64,000 nt of DNA from Chrysemys picta bellii (taxonomy: Eukaryota): contig NC_088811.1 of NCBI RefSeq assembly GCF_011386835.1, forward strand, positions 13,888,001-13,952,000. The letters are read 5' to 3'. The position numbers were made by a program, and so were the translations under genes. Positions 35,832 to 47,880 of the stretch are shown piece by piece. Position 1 is the stretch's first letter, and every line of letters starts with the position of its first letter. The notes below the pieces were generated by a model. The model saw only the letters and a program-made list of their open reading frames with translations. It was not told where the DNA came from and did not search any database.

Positions 35832-36305
35832 GTGGAAAAATTGGAAAGAGTCCAGCGGAGGGCAACAAAAATGATTAGGGGTCTGGAGCACATGACTTAT
35901 GAGGAGAGGCTGAGGGAACTGGGATTGTTTAGTCTCCAGAAGAGAAGAATGAGGGGGGATTTGATAGCAGCCTTCAACTACCTGAAGGGGGGTTCCAAAG
36001 AGGATGGAGCTCGGCTGTTCTCAGTGGTGGCAGACGACAGAACAAGGAGCAATGGTCTCAAGTTGCAGTGGGGGAGGTCCAGGTTGGATATCAGGAAAAA
36101 CTATTTCACTAGGAGGGTGGTGAAACACTGGAATGCGTTACCTAGGGAGGTGGTGGAGTCTCCTTCCTTGGAGGTTTTTAAGGCCCGACTTGACAAAGCC
36201 CTGGCTGGGATGATTTAGCTGGGAATTGGTCCTGCTTTGAGCAGGGGGTTGGACTAGATGACCTCTTGAGGTCCCTTCCAACCCTGATATTCTATGATTC
36301 TATGA
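35832..36305 (+). mobile_element. 5'-truncated CR1 LINE: ORF2 C-terminus (35832-36218) plus 3' UTR
   Basis: Uninterrupted frame [34 protein letters not shown]...[13 protein letters not shown]-stop, typical of CR1 ORF2. The 3' end is (ATTCTATG)2. Confidence 0.97.
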
Positions 36306-39300
36306 CTGATGGCTCCAGACAGGAGTCAATTTAGAAGTATGGAATGAAAGTTAATTTTACGTCATGCTAAATTCTTCACCAGTGAAAATGGATGAAACAC
36401 CAATGAAGTAAATGGAGCTGTTCCTGTTCACACCAGCAGAGAATCTGGCCCAGTATTTTTTCCCTTCCTCCCAACCCGCCGTTCAAATACTACTGCCCGA
36501 TGATGGGAAGCAATTGTTGTGTGTAATCTGTGGGCTAAAGCAGAGTGGTAAGTTAAAAATACCTGCTTATGGATACTTTACCACAGCCTTTCATTAGGTT
36601 ATAAATATATTCATTCTCCAGTTCCCATAAATCTGGGCTTTCTTTTTAATCTCCTTAGGATATTGTGGGGAAAGGCCTCTAATTTCATAGACCACACACT
36701 TAAGACAATAACTCATGAAACCTATTAGATTCTCATATAAAAGACTTTAGTGGAACCGATTAGAGAGAGGGCTGACGGGAGGCGGAGGACTGCTAGAAAG
36801 GCTTTCGAGCAAAGGCCGTTATGTAACTTAGAACCCTGACTAAGCCCCTACTTGCTTGAAAAGCAGCTTCTAGATGATGAGACTGAAAGGAAATAAAATA
36901 CTGACAAAGAGAAAACAGTGAGGGGAGAAAGCAGGGCTCAGATTCTCCATTCCTCCACTTGGCGTAGGAGTGGGGGATGGGAGGGGACAAACATAGCTTT
37001 ATCCCACCTTGGCATTTCTCATATTCTTGAGCCCTCCAGGGAACTGCTCAGCTCCCACCATAAGTCAGAGAAGCGTCAGGGCTGCTCCACTTTATCCTCA
37101 GGCTGCATCAGGTCCCTCTAGGTCGTCCACCAGCCAATAATAGCGGCAATGCAGCATGGTTTGGCCATGTCCCTGAAGCTCCGAGCTGTAAGGGCGTCTG
37201 GTGTTGAGTCATTCCAGCAGCTTTAAGCTGTCTGGGGAACCCCCTTACGCCAGGGGTATTTCCCCAAGGCCATTTCCACCCAGTTTACAACCCATTTCTC
37301 CTGCCAGAATGCCATAAAGGGGCTGTAGGGTAACAAAGAAACAGGCCACAGATCTGCTGGGCCTCATAATATACTGGTAGTTGGTTTATAGTCCTCCCTA
37401 TTTTAATTAATTTGGTGAGCACTTTGTATATCCTGTAGAGCAAAGTGTGACCCAAAGCATCACTATTAGCTAGTTTATTTTGCAGTGGAAACAGTAGAAA
37501 ATGAAGAATTCCTGCCGTTAAGGACTCGAGTTTCCTCTGGCAATTTGCATTACAAAGCATTGTTTGTATTGATTAGAATAGAGGCAATTTAGGGACCCCT
37601 ATTGCTTTCAGTGGAAGTTGTCTGCATAAGGAGGATGGGATCAGAGGGGAAGAACATTACCGTGTATAAACACTGCGTAGACAGGTGAATGCGCGCTACA
37701 GGAGTCACCTGGCCTCCTTTCAGTCTGAAATATTTCTTGCACTGGGAGGTCTAGCAGAAGATGCCAGGAAGCACATCGCTGGTTTGCTGTCTCCACATCA
37801 GCATTGCATCCAGCACATGTGTCCTGTCCTCTTGGAATGAGTCTTTAAACACCCTGCCCAGCCCCATAGGTGTGGATCCAGAGCTCTCCCCCACTCACCA
37901 GTCAGATGAGTTGCTCCACACATCGGGGGTTCTGATCTGTACTTTTTTAATGTCTATTATTTCTAGATATGCCACTAATTTGAGTCCCAGAGTCACCTAC
38001 ATCCCGCACAAATTCAGTGTCCCTTCCCTGCTTCCATTGTTTAGTAATTTACATCCAGGATAAAGAATGATGAATGAGATGGGAGATATTTACACTGAAG
38101 GAAGGAATTTCACAACATAGAAGTTTCCCACATGGATCTATATATATAGATATATTTATCATTCTTTGCCACACATAACGACCTACATGTGGATCTTGGT
38201 GCGTTAACACGTAAGGTTTGAGCCCACCACGCAATTCCTGGTTCTTCGCCTCTGTGACTTTTGTTTTTTTGCCAAATGAAGGGTTTGCCACGTGAGTGGG
38301 AGTATTCCCTTGTTAAATGAATTAACTATAATTTCATTAGTATGAGATTTAAGATTTTGGGACGCTTATAAAATTCAGATGTTTGATCAGCGAGGCTATG
38401 AGGTCTTCCCCTTTTGATGTTTTTTTTTTTTTTTAATTGATCTGCGTGATTCTGTTTCAGAGGGGAAAAGGAAGCAGCTAAATGGTTTGGTTCTTGATCC
38501 ATTAACAAGTCTGATATTGTTACTGACACCTTGCTTAACGTCCCCCTTTAAAACATGACTTTTCTGCAATGGCCCTTTGAGAGCAATTGAGAGGTTTAAT
38601 GTAGACAAAAGCGAGCCTTGATAAAGGCCGACGTTTCTCATCCAGTTGATGTGCCTGGGCAGGATTTCAGTCTGAAAGTGCCAGAGAACAAAATAAAATG
38701 CAACTCTGTGTCACTTTTGAACCTGAGTTGGTGCCTAATAACCACCCCTCCCCCTTTGTACCTTTGTGTGCATGTGTGGAATTAAAATGGCACACTTTTT
38801 AGCAGCAAATAGAACAGTCATCCTGCCATTTGTCTGACCACTGATGTGATGCTAAAAGGGCTCATGGAAAAAGCAACAGAGACTTTCTGATTTATTTCCC
38901 CCCCCCCCCCAGCAATTTTAAGCCATTATAGGCCAACTATAGCCTTCAAGGCCTTATGCATTATTACGTGTAAGGGAAATCAGTGGGAGACGGCTATAAC
39001 GATGTGTGGCATGACTTGGAAGTGCTCGAAGGGAAGCCAAGGGCCTGATGCGTGCATTTTTGTGTAGCTGTATGCTAGAAATCACTACTGATTACTTTGG
39101 AAGAACTGCTGACTCACAGATGTAACATAATCACCTACAGTGCCATGCAGTGGTTAAGATGCCAGTGTTTGATTTTCACAGTGGGCGGGGTGAAAGAGAG
39201 CAATCAAGTTGGGCTTTTACTAAAAGGGCATATTTGATCAGAGTTCTGGAGATAAACAGCCTAAAATAGATAGTGGTGATAATGCGAGATGGTAAACAGC

Positions 39301-39753
39301 ACTTCCCCCAGGACAATGCATGTGTTAGGGAGCTGTTGGTAGCAAAGCCAAGAGTGATTATCTCTCTGAGAAACGGGAAAATTATCACTGCTCTTCCAAA
39401 ACTCTAATTGACGGTTGTTAATAGTCATCATCAAACCAAAAGGAGGCTTCCTCTGAGTGACTTCACCGCATGGCAAGAGGCTCTGTCCTTGTGACATGCA
39501 GCTTAGCAGACAAACGGCCTGGAAACGTTAATGGTTGGTGGAACTGAGGTACTGGGCTGATAATAGGGTCTGGAGCCTTTGAATATTGCTGAGCTGTCTC
39601 TCACTGCAAATCCATGGAAACTCGAATATAGCACAGAAAATATGGAATGTATTAACAATAATAATGTACGCATTCACATATAGGCCAAAATCTTTGGCAT
39701 AACTCTTGATACGTTGTAACATTCCATGTTGAATTCTTATGAATTCTCTAAAC

Positions 39754-40140
39754 CAGTGGTTCTCAAACAGCAGTATGCGGACCCCTTGGGGTACGCAGAG
39801 GGAGTCCATCAACTCATCTAGATATTAGCCTCGTTTTACAACAGGCTACATAAAAAGCACCAGCGAAGTTAGTACAAACTAAAATTTCATACAGACAGCG
39901 ACTTGTTTATACACTGAAATATAAGTACAATATTTATATTCCAATTGATTTATTTTATAATTGTATAGTAAAAATGAGAAAGTCAGCAATTTTTCAGTAA
40001 CTGTGTGCCGTGACATTTTTGTATTTTTATGTCTGATTTTCTAAGCAAGTGGTTTTTAAGTGAGGTGAAACTTGACGGCACACAAGACAAATCCGATTCC
40101 TGCAAGGGGTACAGTAGTCTGGAAAGATTGAGAGCCACTG
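39754..40140. mobile_element. hAT (Charlie-like) MITE
   Basis: TIRs CAGTGGTTCTCAA and TTGAGAGCCACTG; TSD CTCTAAAC/CCCTAAAC. Confidence 0.9.
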
Positions 40141-40912
40141 CCCTAAACTATTATCTACCCACCTTTGGTTTGCTTTCTGTAAGGCCTTATTTTCTCTGTA
40201 ATTCTATTTTGGCTTCTAAAGCTTTTATAATAGGTCTCTAGTCTGTACTTTAGCTAAGGAATAGCAATCCAAAGAAGAGTGAGAAATTTAATAGAGGGAA
40301 TTGATTAATCAGAATTACTTGACCAAGATGTGTGTTATCACATCTCTTCCTCTCAAAACCAAGAGATGGTCTCCCATCAAAATTCTGATTCTGACCATTC
40401 CAGAATTTTTGAGGAGCTCTGGCATCTTGTCCTGAATCCCTGAGTTCTTTGGCAGGTTTGAAATCTGTGACCAAATTCTGCAGGCTGGGTTCATTTCTAC
40501 AATAACTGGAACCAAGCCAGTGACAAAGATGTGAATTATTTTACTCCTGGCCTTTCCAAGGTGAGCTTAACTGCTCTTTACTTCTGGCTAAAACTCCCCC
40601 CAAACACACTTGAGTGCATTCTGTGCCAAGTTTATGCCAAAGGCCACGCAGGTTTATCCTTTCACAAGTGCCAAAAAGGAGATTTTTTTTTTTAACTCTA
40701 ACCACTTGTGAGCGAAAGATCACTGAATTTGTCCTGAAGTTTGGAACGCAGCCCAAGAGGAGATGTTTTTATTTTATTAACAACTGGCAGCCTGCAAGCG
40801 CAAAATGTCTGGGTAATTGTGATCCTGCGTGTTAAGCTCGTGATCATAGGGAAAATTGCTTTATAGTTTGCTTCATGGTGCTCAGTTTCATGAGCTGCTT
40901 GTTGTTCACGAA

Positions 40913-41184
40913 GGGTATGTCTTCATTGCAATCCGAGGTGTGATTGCAGCATGGGTAGGCATATCTACACTAGCTTTTCCTGCTCTAGCAGGGCTAAAAG
41001 GGTGGTGCGGTCTTCATTGTGAGCTGTACAAGCCCACCCGGGGACCCCGGTATTTACTTGCGTTGCTAGCCCGTGCTGAGGCCCACTTCACTGCATCCAC
41101 TCTGCTATTTCTAGCCCTGCAATCATGGGTGTATACATACCCGAGCTGTGTTCACACCTTGGATTGCAGTGTAAAGACATATCC
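40913..41184. mobile_element. Harbinger-type MITE
   Basis: Long imperfect TIRs GGGTATGTCTTCATTGCAATCCGAGGTGTG and CACACCTTGGATTGCAGTGTAAAGACATATCC; flanks GAA/AAA. Confidence 0.8.
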
Positions 41185-42399
41185 AAAAAGAGAGGCGAAC
41201 CATGGAGAGTAAAATAATATTGCACTAACGAACGTGCAGCTTTCCATGGTGTAAGGAAAGGGGTTGAAATACACTGCAAATCATTTCATTTTCTTCTTTG
41301 GGTAGGGAGAAATATATTTGATGCCTTGGTCCTGATTATCTGTTGATTGTGTCATTTCAAACTGGACTAGACAAAACACTGGGGAATACACTATAGTAGA
41401 GAATCCTGCATCACTAAAGAATGGACTAAATTATTGAATAGTCTGTCTGGTCTGTTACACCTTCACCATGATATCCAAGCATTTCCTGTTGTAACTTACT
41501 TGTTATCCTTGGCATTTTCAGCTTTTCATGTGTCCAGATTTCCCAATTTATTTGCATTACAAATTTTCACTAAAGTACTTGTTAAATCATTGCCAATTTA
41601 AAAAAATCATGGCTGCCTGAAGTTTTCTTGCCTTCTGTTGTTACAAGAAACACCTAAGATCATTATAATTGAGAGAGAGTGGAGGAAAAACAACATTTCC
41701 TTTGTGCATTTGACAGCACTTTGTATGTAGTCAGTATGCGTGTTTGAGCAGTGTGTAGTCAGTTTCTCCTAGGTGGCAGGTGTAGCACCTGACTCTATTT
41801 TAAACTTGCCGTTGAAATTGACTAGCTTTCCGCTTTGCCATGGCCCTTCAGTGTAAAATGCAATGTGAGTGTATCCCTTATATTATTGTGAGCTCATCTA
41901 AAAGTTAAGGGCTGTCTTCTGCTTTCACTTGTACCAGTGTTAATCAGCAGGTGCTCCACTCAAGTCAGTGGAGTAACACCAACGTAAAGTAAATCAGAAT
42001 CAGGCCCTACATTTGTAGCCGTCAGCCTGAGGGTTGAATGTATTAATTCCAAAAGGTGAAAGAGCCACAGTCAATACTTTGGGCCAGATTCTCTTCCCCG
42101 CTGCACTCCTTTGGGGCTGCTCTTGAGAGCTGAGATCACCTGCAAGTCCCCAGCTGGGAACGCCCCCCATGTAGGGGAGTCCCCGGCAGGCATAGAGCCA
42201 GTGTAGCTGGCACAGAGGATGTGTTAGCGGTGGGACTGGAGGGTGGCTGGAGCATGCTGTGGTTTCACCTGCCTCCCGTTGCTGTATGGTCCCTCGGCGA
42301 GTATAGCTCTCCTGAGACTGTTCTAGCTTGTGCTGGGTCTAGCACAGAGAATCGGAGCCATGGCTGGCTGTTGGTTCTCAACTTCTCTTTTCCACTCTC

Positions 42400-42663
42400 C
42401 CGGGCTGCCCTGGGTGGTTGCACTGGGGACAGGAGCCAGCCTTTAAAAGCCCCTGTCCCGCTCTCCTTGAGGTCCCCGTAGTGGGGCCGGCAAGCAAAGG
42501 CAATAGAGCGGCAAATTACTCTCTCCTCCCTGCCCCGCAATGCGGCAGGCAGCCAGCGGGGGAGCTGTTGAACAGCTACGTGAGGGAAGAGGCAGGAGCT
42601 GCTCAGAGTTCTGCCCACTCACACCAGAGCTGCTCCTTGGAGACCAAGGGTTGGACAACCCTG
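42400..42663. mobile_element. Possible hAT fragment
   Basis: Right end GGTTGGACAACCCTG; GC-rich interior; left end not found. Confidence 0.35.
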
Positions 42664-43239
42664 TCCTAAACGATCTCCTGGCTTAGCTGAATGCCATGGG
42701 TTCCGCTACATCCCGCTCAGTGACTTCCCTTTCAAACCGCTAATCAGCCCTGTGAGTCGAAGTGTGCAGAGGCTCTATGGCACCTAACAAGGAAAAGAAA
42801 ATCGTTCTGAGATGTCCAGAGTTAGTGGTAGCCAGGCCGTATAAATGATGTCAGGCTAAGCCTGTGGTTTGCCGTAAGCTGTTTATTTTCTGCTGAAGGA
42901 ACTTATAATAACATTGGCCTAACTGAGAACAAAGCACAAAATCTTGTGGCCGGCAATTCCGTGGTACCAATGTACAATTTTTTTTTTTAAATGCTACCAT
43001 GTTCTTAGTTGTTCATTGTGTTGTGGTAACGCCTCGGAAACCCCAGTCTTGGAGCATGACGCCATTCTACAAAGTCCTGTACAAACATGGCCAACATTTC
43101 TCTGTCTCCAAAAGCTTTCTCGAGGGCTGGCCCAGGCTGTGTAGTAATATTGCCATATACCATAATGCTTTGCACCTTCATTTTGTAGTATAGTAATGAT
43201 TTATTTAATGAGGATTAAAGACAGGGTATTGGAGCCTGA

Positions 43240-43400
43240 GTTAGAAATTGGGAGTAGATGAGTTTTTAATCTTGTCTCTGACACTAACTCCCTCTGTGGT
43301 CTTGGTTAAATCACTTAGCTTGCCCGGTTCAGTTTCTGCATCTGTAAGGTGGGGAGAGTAATTACTGCACAAATTGCAGGAGTTCATATTTTTAAGTGCT
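43240..43400 (+). mobile_element. MIR-type SINE
   Basis: CTCTGTGGTCTTGGTTAAATCACTTAGC...CAGTTTCTGCATCTGTAAGGTGGGG. Confidence 0.6.
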
Positions 43401-43689
43401 CTGAAGTTGTAAAATACTATGTACAGTAGATGATTATTAATTATTAACTCTGCGCGAGATGAAATCTCCTTTTAATGCTCTACTCCATGGCTTTAGCATA
43501 ACTACATGGTGCTTGTTTCTTGGAACTGTCCCATTTCTGATACCATGCGTCCTTTGCTCTAAAAAAGGCATAGAGACAACAGTCCAATTTCTGCCTCTGC
43601 TACTTCCACTGAAGTCATTTACTTGTAATACTGTTCTTCTGGGTGGATCACTGGCATCAGGGGTCGAACCAGAGACAGGCAAAGTGACA

Positions 43690-43870
43690 CTGAGAATAGA
43701 GCACCAGTCTGAGACTCAGAAGGTTCTGTTTCCAGCTCTACCGTTGGCCTGCTGGGTGACCTTGGGCAAGTCACTTCGCTGCTCCGTGCTCTGTTTTCCT
43801 ATCTGTAAAATGGGGATAATGACATTGACCTTCTTTGTAAAGCTCTTTGAGATCTGGTAGCTATATAAGA
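43690..43870 (+). mobile_element. MIR-type SINE
   Basis: GGTGACCTTGGGCAAGTCACTT...CTGTTTTCCTATCTGTAAAATGGGGATAATG...TTTGTAAAGCTCTTTGAGATCT. Confidence 0.85.
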
Positions 43871-44313
43871 TCTGGATATTATTATTATTTATTATTTACA
43901 TCTTCCCAGCTTCCATTTATTTGTCTAGAGTTGCATCCATCACTGCGGTACCTAAGATTCTTAGAAATTTATTGCATTTTCTTTAATGGTATCATGAAAT
44001 TCAAGTTCAGTTGCTGTTGGCTAAAGTGCTCAGGATGGGTAGAGAGTAGCAAGTAAATATGCCAGTCATTATATGAAAAATATCACCGATATTTCACTAG
44101 CTTCTCCAGAGTGACTCTGTTGCTTGTGGGGATTACATGAACTTTTCCAGACTAATGTCAGTGACTCAAAGTGGACCTGCTAGTTAGGGATGAAACCCTG
44201 TTCTCAGCTCTGCACCTCGGCCCAGCTGCTCTGCCCTTCCTACATGGAACTGCTCCTTGCATGCAAGGCAAGTGGAGTAGGAGAGTGGTGGTCAGCTGCG
44301 TGGATCTGAGAGT

Positions 44314-44326
44314 GGGGATTTTCCCC
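44314..44326. promoter_or_regulatory. NF-kB consensus site
   Basis: GGGGATTTTCCCC, a near-symmetric match to GGGRNNYYCC. Motif match only. Confidence 0.3.
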
Positions 44327-45471
44327 TCGGTCGGGAATCACTGGGTTAAGGGGATTGCGAGGAATCTCTGAGTCTCATGGGATGCACATCACAAACGCAT
44401 TATTCTTGTGTGGCAAAGAGACCAGGACTGTCTGGACACACCGTTGTAACGTGTATCAAATGACAAGATTGGCATGTCAGAATGTAGTGAGGAAGAGAGG
44501 CTTTGTGCTGTGTGTGTGTGTGTGTGTTTTGCTTTAAACATCAGTAGGAAAAAAAAATAATCTTGTTAGATCAGGATGTCAGTGATGTTTCCTTGGAGGA
44601 TTGGTGAGAAAATGTTTGGAATATGGGCTTTGAAAGTGGTTATGATTAGTCTTGCTTCATAGTGGCTTTGTGCTAACCTCCCTCTCCCAAAACAAAATGT
44701 TTCATCTAGCGCTGATATGAAACTGATTGAAGTATTAAAAGGGAGATCTTTAAAATGTCACCGACACTCTGCAGTAACTTCACTGCTTGTGAGAACATCC
44801 TCAGTGGCAGGGCAAAGTAGCCTCGTTTCTGGATGTTCTTATGGTGTAACCAAACCAGTAAGAAGGACGAGGCCTATACCCATTGTTATTTTGGATCATC
44901 CCAGTCCAGGATGTGGTCTCTGACTCTGGATTCTTCATACCAAGGAGGAAAGCCTCCCTTATGTAAACCCCCCTGTACACTGACTGTAGAAAAGCACAGT
45001 GAATTGTTATTATTGCATTATTTACAGAGACAGCCTTGACATTTTTAGACTGACATTCTTAAAAGGGTATAGGGGGATTAGGAACCCAGCCGCCATTGGC
45101 TTAAAATGTGGGTTGGGTACCTAACTCCCCTAGGCTCCTTTGAAAATCCCCGTCCTTATATATTAGGATATTTTACAGTAATGGTCCTAGAGGCAGTAGC
45201 AATATGTAGAGTTTTGGACTGTCACTTTAGAATCTGTACCGCGACTATGTTCATCTCTCTCTCTCTCTCTTTCTGTCTAATTTCTACAAAAGACTGCAAA
45301 CAAATGCGGATGCAGCTGAGCAGGGAGTGATAAAGATTTTTTTTTCTAAATTGATCTCTTAATTTTCAAAGTATTTTGTATAATTGGAGATTGTGTTCTT
45401 GGGGGAGCGGAAAATCCAGCTGGGAGCTCCAGGTTGGAAACAGAGACCTGAAAAATGTGCTCTTAGAACCA

Positions 45472-45655
45472 GAGACGCAAGGTGGGGGAGGTCATATCTT
45501 TTATTGGACCAACTTCTGTTGGTGAGAGAGAGAAGCTTTTGAGCTCACAACGAGCTTTTCTTTGGGTCCTGACAGAAGACGGTCCAATAAAAAGATGTTA
45601 ACTCACCCACCTTGTCTCTTTAATATCCTGGGACCAACATAGCTACAACAACACT
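45472..45655. mobile_element. Penelope-like element terminal relic in inverted-repeat form
   Basis: Inverted arms CAAGGTGGGGGAGGTCATATCTTTTATTGGACC (from 45478) and GGTCCAATAAAAGATGTTAAACTCACCCACCTTG (to 45614) around a hammerhead-like segment. Family assignment is from recollection. Confidence 0.6.
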
Positions 45656-45754
45656 TCTTATAACCAGGGCATTCTTGTAGTGGGAGTTAAATTCCTGGAA
45701 GCTTGTGCAGGATCTGCTCTCTTCTCCCCCTTTGATTGTAACTCCCAATGAGGA

Positions 45755-45930
45755 GGTGATGTATAGTAGTTGAAGCAAGAGACGGGGAATTAGGACTCTT
45801 GGCATCTGTATGTGTTTTACCATTGAGTAACCTGAAGCAAACTGATTAATCTCTGTGTCTCATTTTACTCATTTATAAACAGGGGCGCTAATACGTCTAT
45901 CTTGGGTTGTTGATAGTCTTAATTAATAAA
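45755..45930 (+). mobile_element. Degraded MIR-type SINE
   Basis: TTAATCTCTGTGTCTCATTTTACTCATTTATAAACAGGGG core-like motif. Confidence 0.5.
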
Positions 45931-47007
45931 AAAAAAGGGTCACTCTGGTAGTATAAGGTATCACTGCTCCATTGACAATAATTCTGGGACTCACGTGCAT
46001 TATCGTCAATAGGAGTTGTGTATCTGTTATTAAGCACCCACAATGTCTTGGAAGTGAGTAAAGACATACTTGTACTTGGTTAAAAAAAAACGCACAATAA
46101 ATACCAGACAACAATATCTTTCCATATTTAAAGTGATCCTCCCCTCCTGTGGATAAACACAATGGGCTGAAGTTTGCTCTGGAACATCAAAATATCCTCC
46201 TTGAAAAGCCATTTAAACTATTTTCTCTGCTCCATAACTGTCTACGGGAAAAGGCGGCCTGATTGATTCATTCAAGCACTCGTTAATTACTGTTGTAGGG
46301 AAGAAAATCTCAAACCATCTCCCCTCTAATCTCTGTAAAGACGGCCTGCCATCGTGTAGCTGCGTCTCGGGTCAAAAGCCATCCATCTGTGATCTAGGGG
46401 AAGCACAAGTCTGGAAGCCTGTTGTCAGGCGTAGCTAAATGAACTTGTAATGAATATTCTTATCTGAAAGTTTTGTCAGATCAGGTTGCCTAAACTGCAG
46501 ATAAGTGGCTGACTGCTTAGAACACATGTAGGGTTAACCCTGGCTAACATTAGGCGCGACATAACCTGTTGTGTGCCAGCCCTTGCTGAGAACAGTCTGC
46601 TGTTTGTTCTCAGCAGGGGTTAATTTGTGGACGGCCACTAATCAATCCTATATATTTTTTTCTTTTAATCCTGACTCCCAGTGCCCTGCTCTAATCAGAA
46701 GACTATATGACCTTCATGTTTATAATTGCAAAACTAGGTTTGTCCAAGTGGTGCTCAGTTGTAATGCTTGTCCTGGGTAACCCTGCCTCCAGTACAAAAG
46801 TGACCGGATGGGAATTTCTGAAGTGATGTGAGACCCACAGAGTTCATGTCAATGCCCAGAACGCTGTTTGGTCTCATACCAGCAATTTCATACAAGCCTT
46901 GCTGTCTGAGCCCTTAGCACACGTGGAAGGGATAAGCTCTGCTTGTGAATGGAGGGAGTTTGTTCCTGTATCAAAGAAACCACGTCCAGGTAAATCTTAA
47001 TGGAATG

Positions 47008-47084
47008 TATCAGAGGGGTAGCCGTGTTAGTCTGAATCTGTAAAAAGCAACAGAGGGTCCTGTGGCACCTTTGAGACTAACAGA
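47008..47084 (+). mobile_element. 77-bp Penelope-type terminal fragment with 12-bp TSD
   Basis: GAGGGGTAGCCGTGTTAGTCTG...GTCCTGTGGCACCTTTGAGACTAACAGA, flanked by CTTAATGGAATG at 46996-47007 and 47085-47096. Confidence 0.75.
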
Positions 47085-47749
47085 CTTAATGGAATGCTTT
47101 GCTCCTGGCTTAGTGGCAGGAGGTTGGTGCTTGGTGACCAGTTAGAATCACAGATTTTGAGAGAGAGAGAGCAAGCTTTCAAATATGTCCAGTGCTGCCC
47201 TCCACCAACCATCTATTTCAGAAGCCTAGAAAGTTCCTCTTGGTGTTTCCGTACTAGAGAAGGTGTGTTTTATTCTATCATTCACAATAAACATAAGCAC
47301 CGAGGAAATGCTTAATCCCAAATAGCAACGCCCCTGAGAAGAAAAGCCTGAGGATTTTTCTCACGTGCGGGGAGAAAGGCAATGAGCTACATACGGGGGA
47401 TTTGCCTAATGGTTGGTGGTTCAGTGCTCGCTTTGCATTTATTCTCAGGCAAAAGGGTTTGGAGTGGAATTGTAAGTGTAGCGACTCCTCCACATTCTCC
47501 CACAGGGTCATTTTGTAAACTAGCTTCACAATGTTAGATGAAAAGCCATCTAGCTGGTCATTGATCAAAGGGAAAGGCCGGGTGCTTTGCTTGCTTATTC
47601 GAGGGGGCGTTTGATTTTGAAATCTCCATTGGCATTGGGAGAATCGCGCAAAGCGTGTTATTGTGTGTCTCGGGTCCTGGAAACATTTGGCAAGGTCGGG
47701 TGTGGGGAGGGGTTGTGACACTGACAAAGGGAAAGGAGTGATCATTTAC

Positions 47750-47880
47750 TACTTAGATTGTCAGCTTGCTTGGGCAGGGACTTTCTTTTTGTTCTGGGTT
47801 TGTACAGCGCCTAGCACAATGGGGTCCTGATCCTGGACTGGGGCCCCTAAGTGCTACCGCAAAACAAATCCATAATAATA
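47750..47880 (+). mobile_element. L2-like / SINE 3' tail
   Basis: TTAGATTGTCAGCTTGCTTGGGCAGGGACT...TTTGTACAGCGCCTAGCACAATGGGG...AATAATA. Confidence 0.75.

Noticed and set aside
37590-37860. Protein-like frames (VEVVCIRRMGSEGK..., VNARYRSHLASFQSE...)
   Set aside because: The apparent acceptor is part of an ancient foldback repeat, the frames are short, and no homology is recognised.
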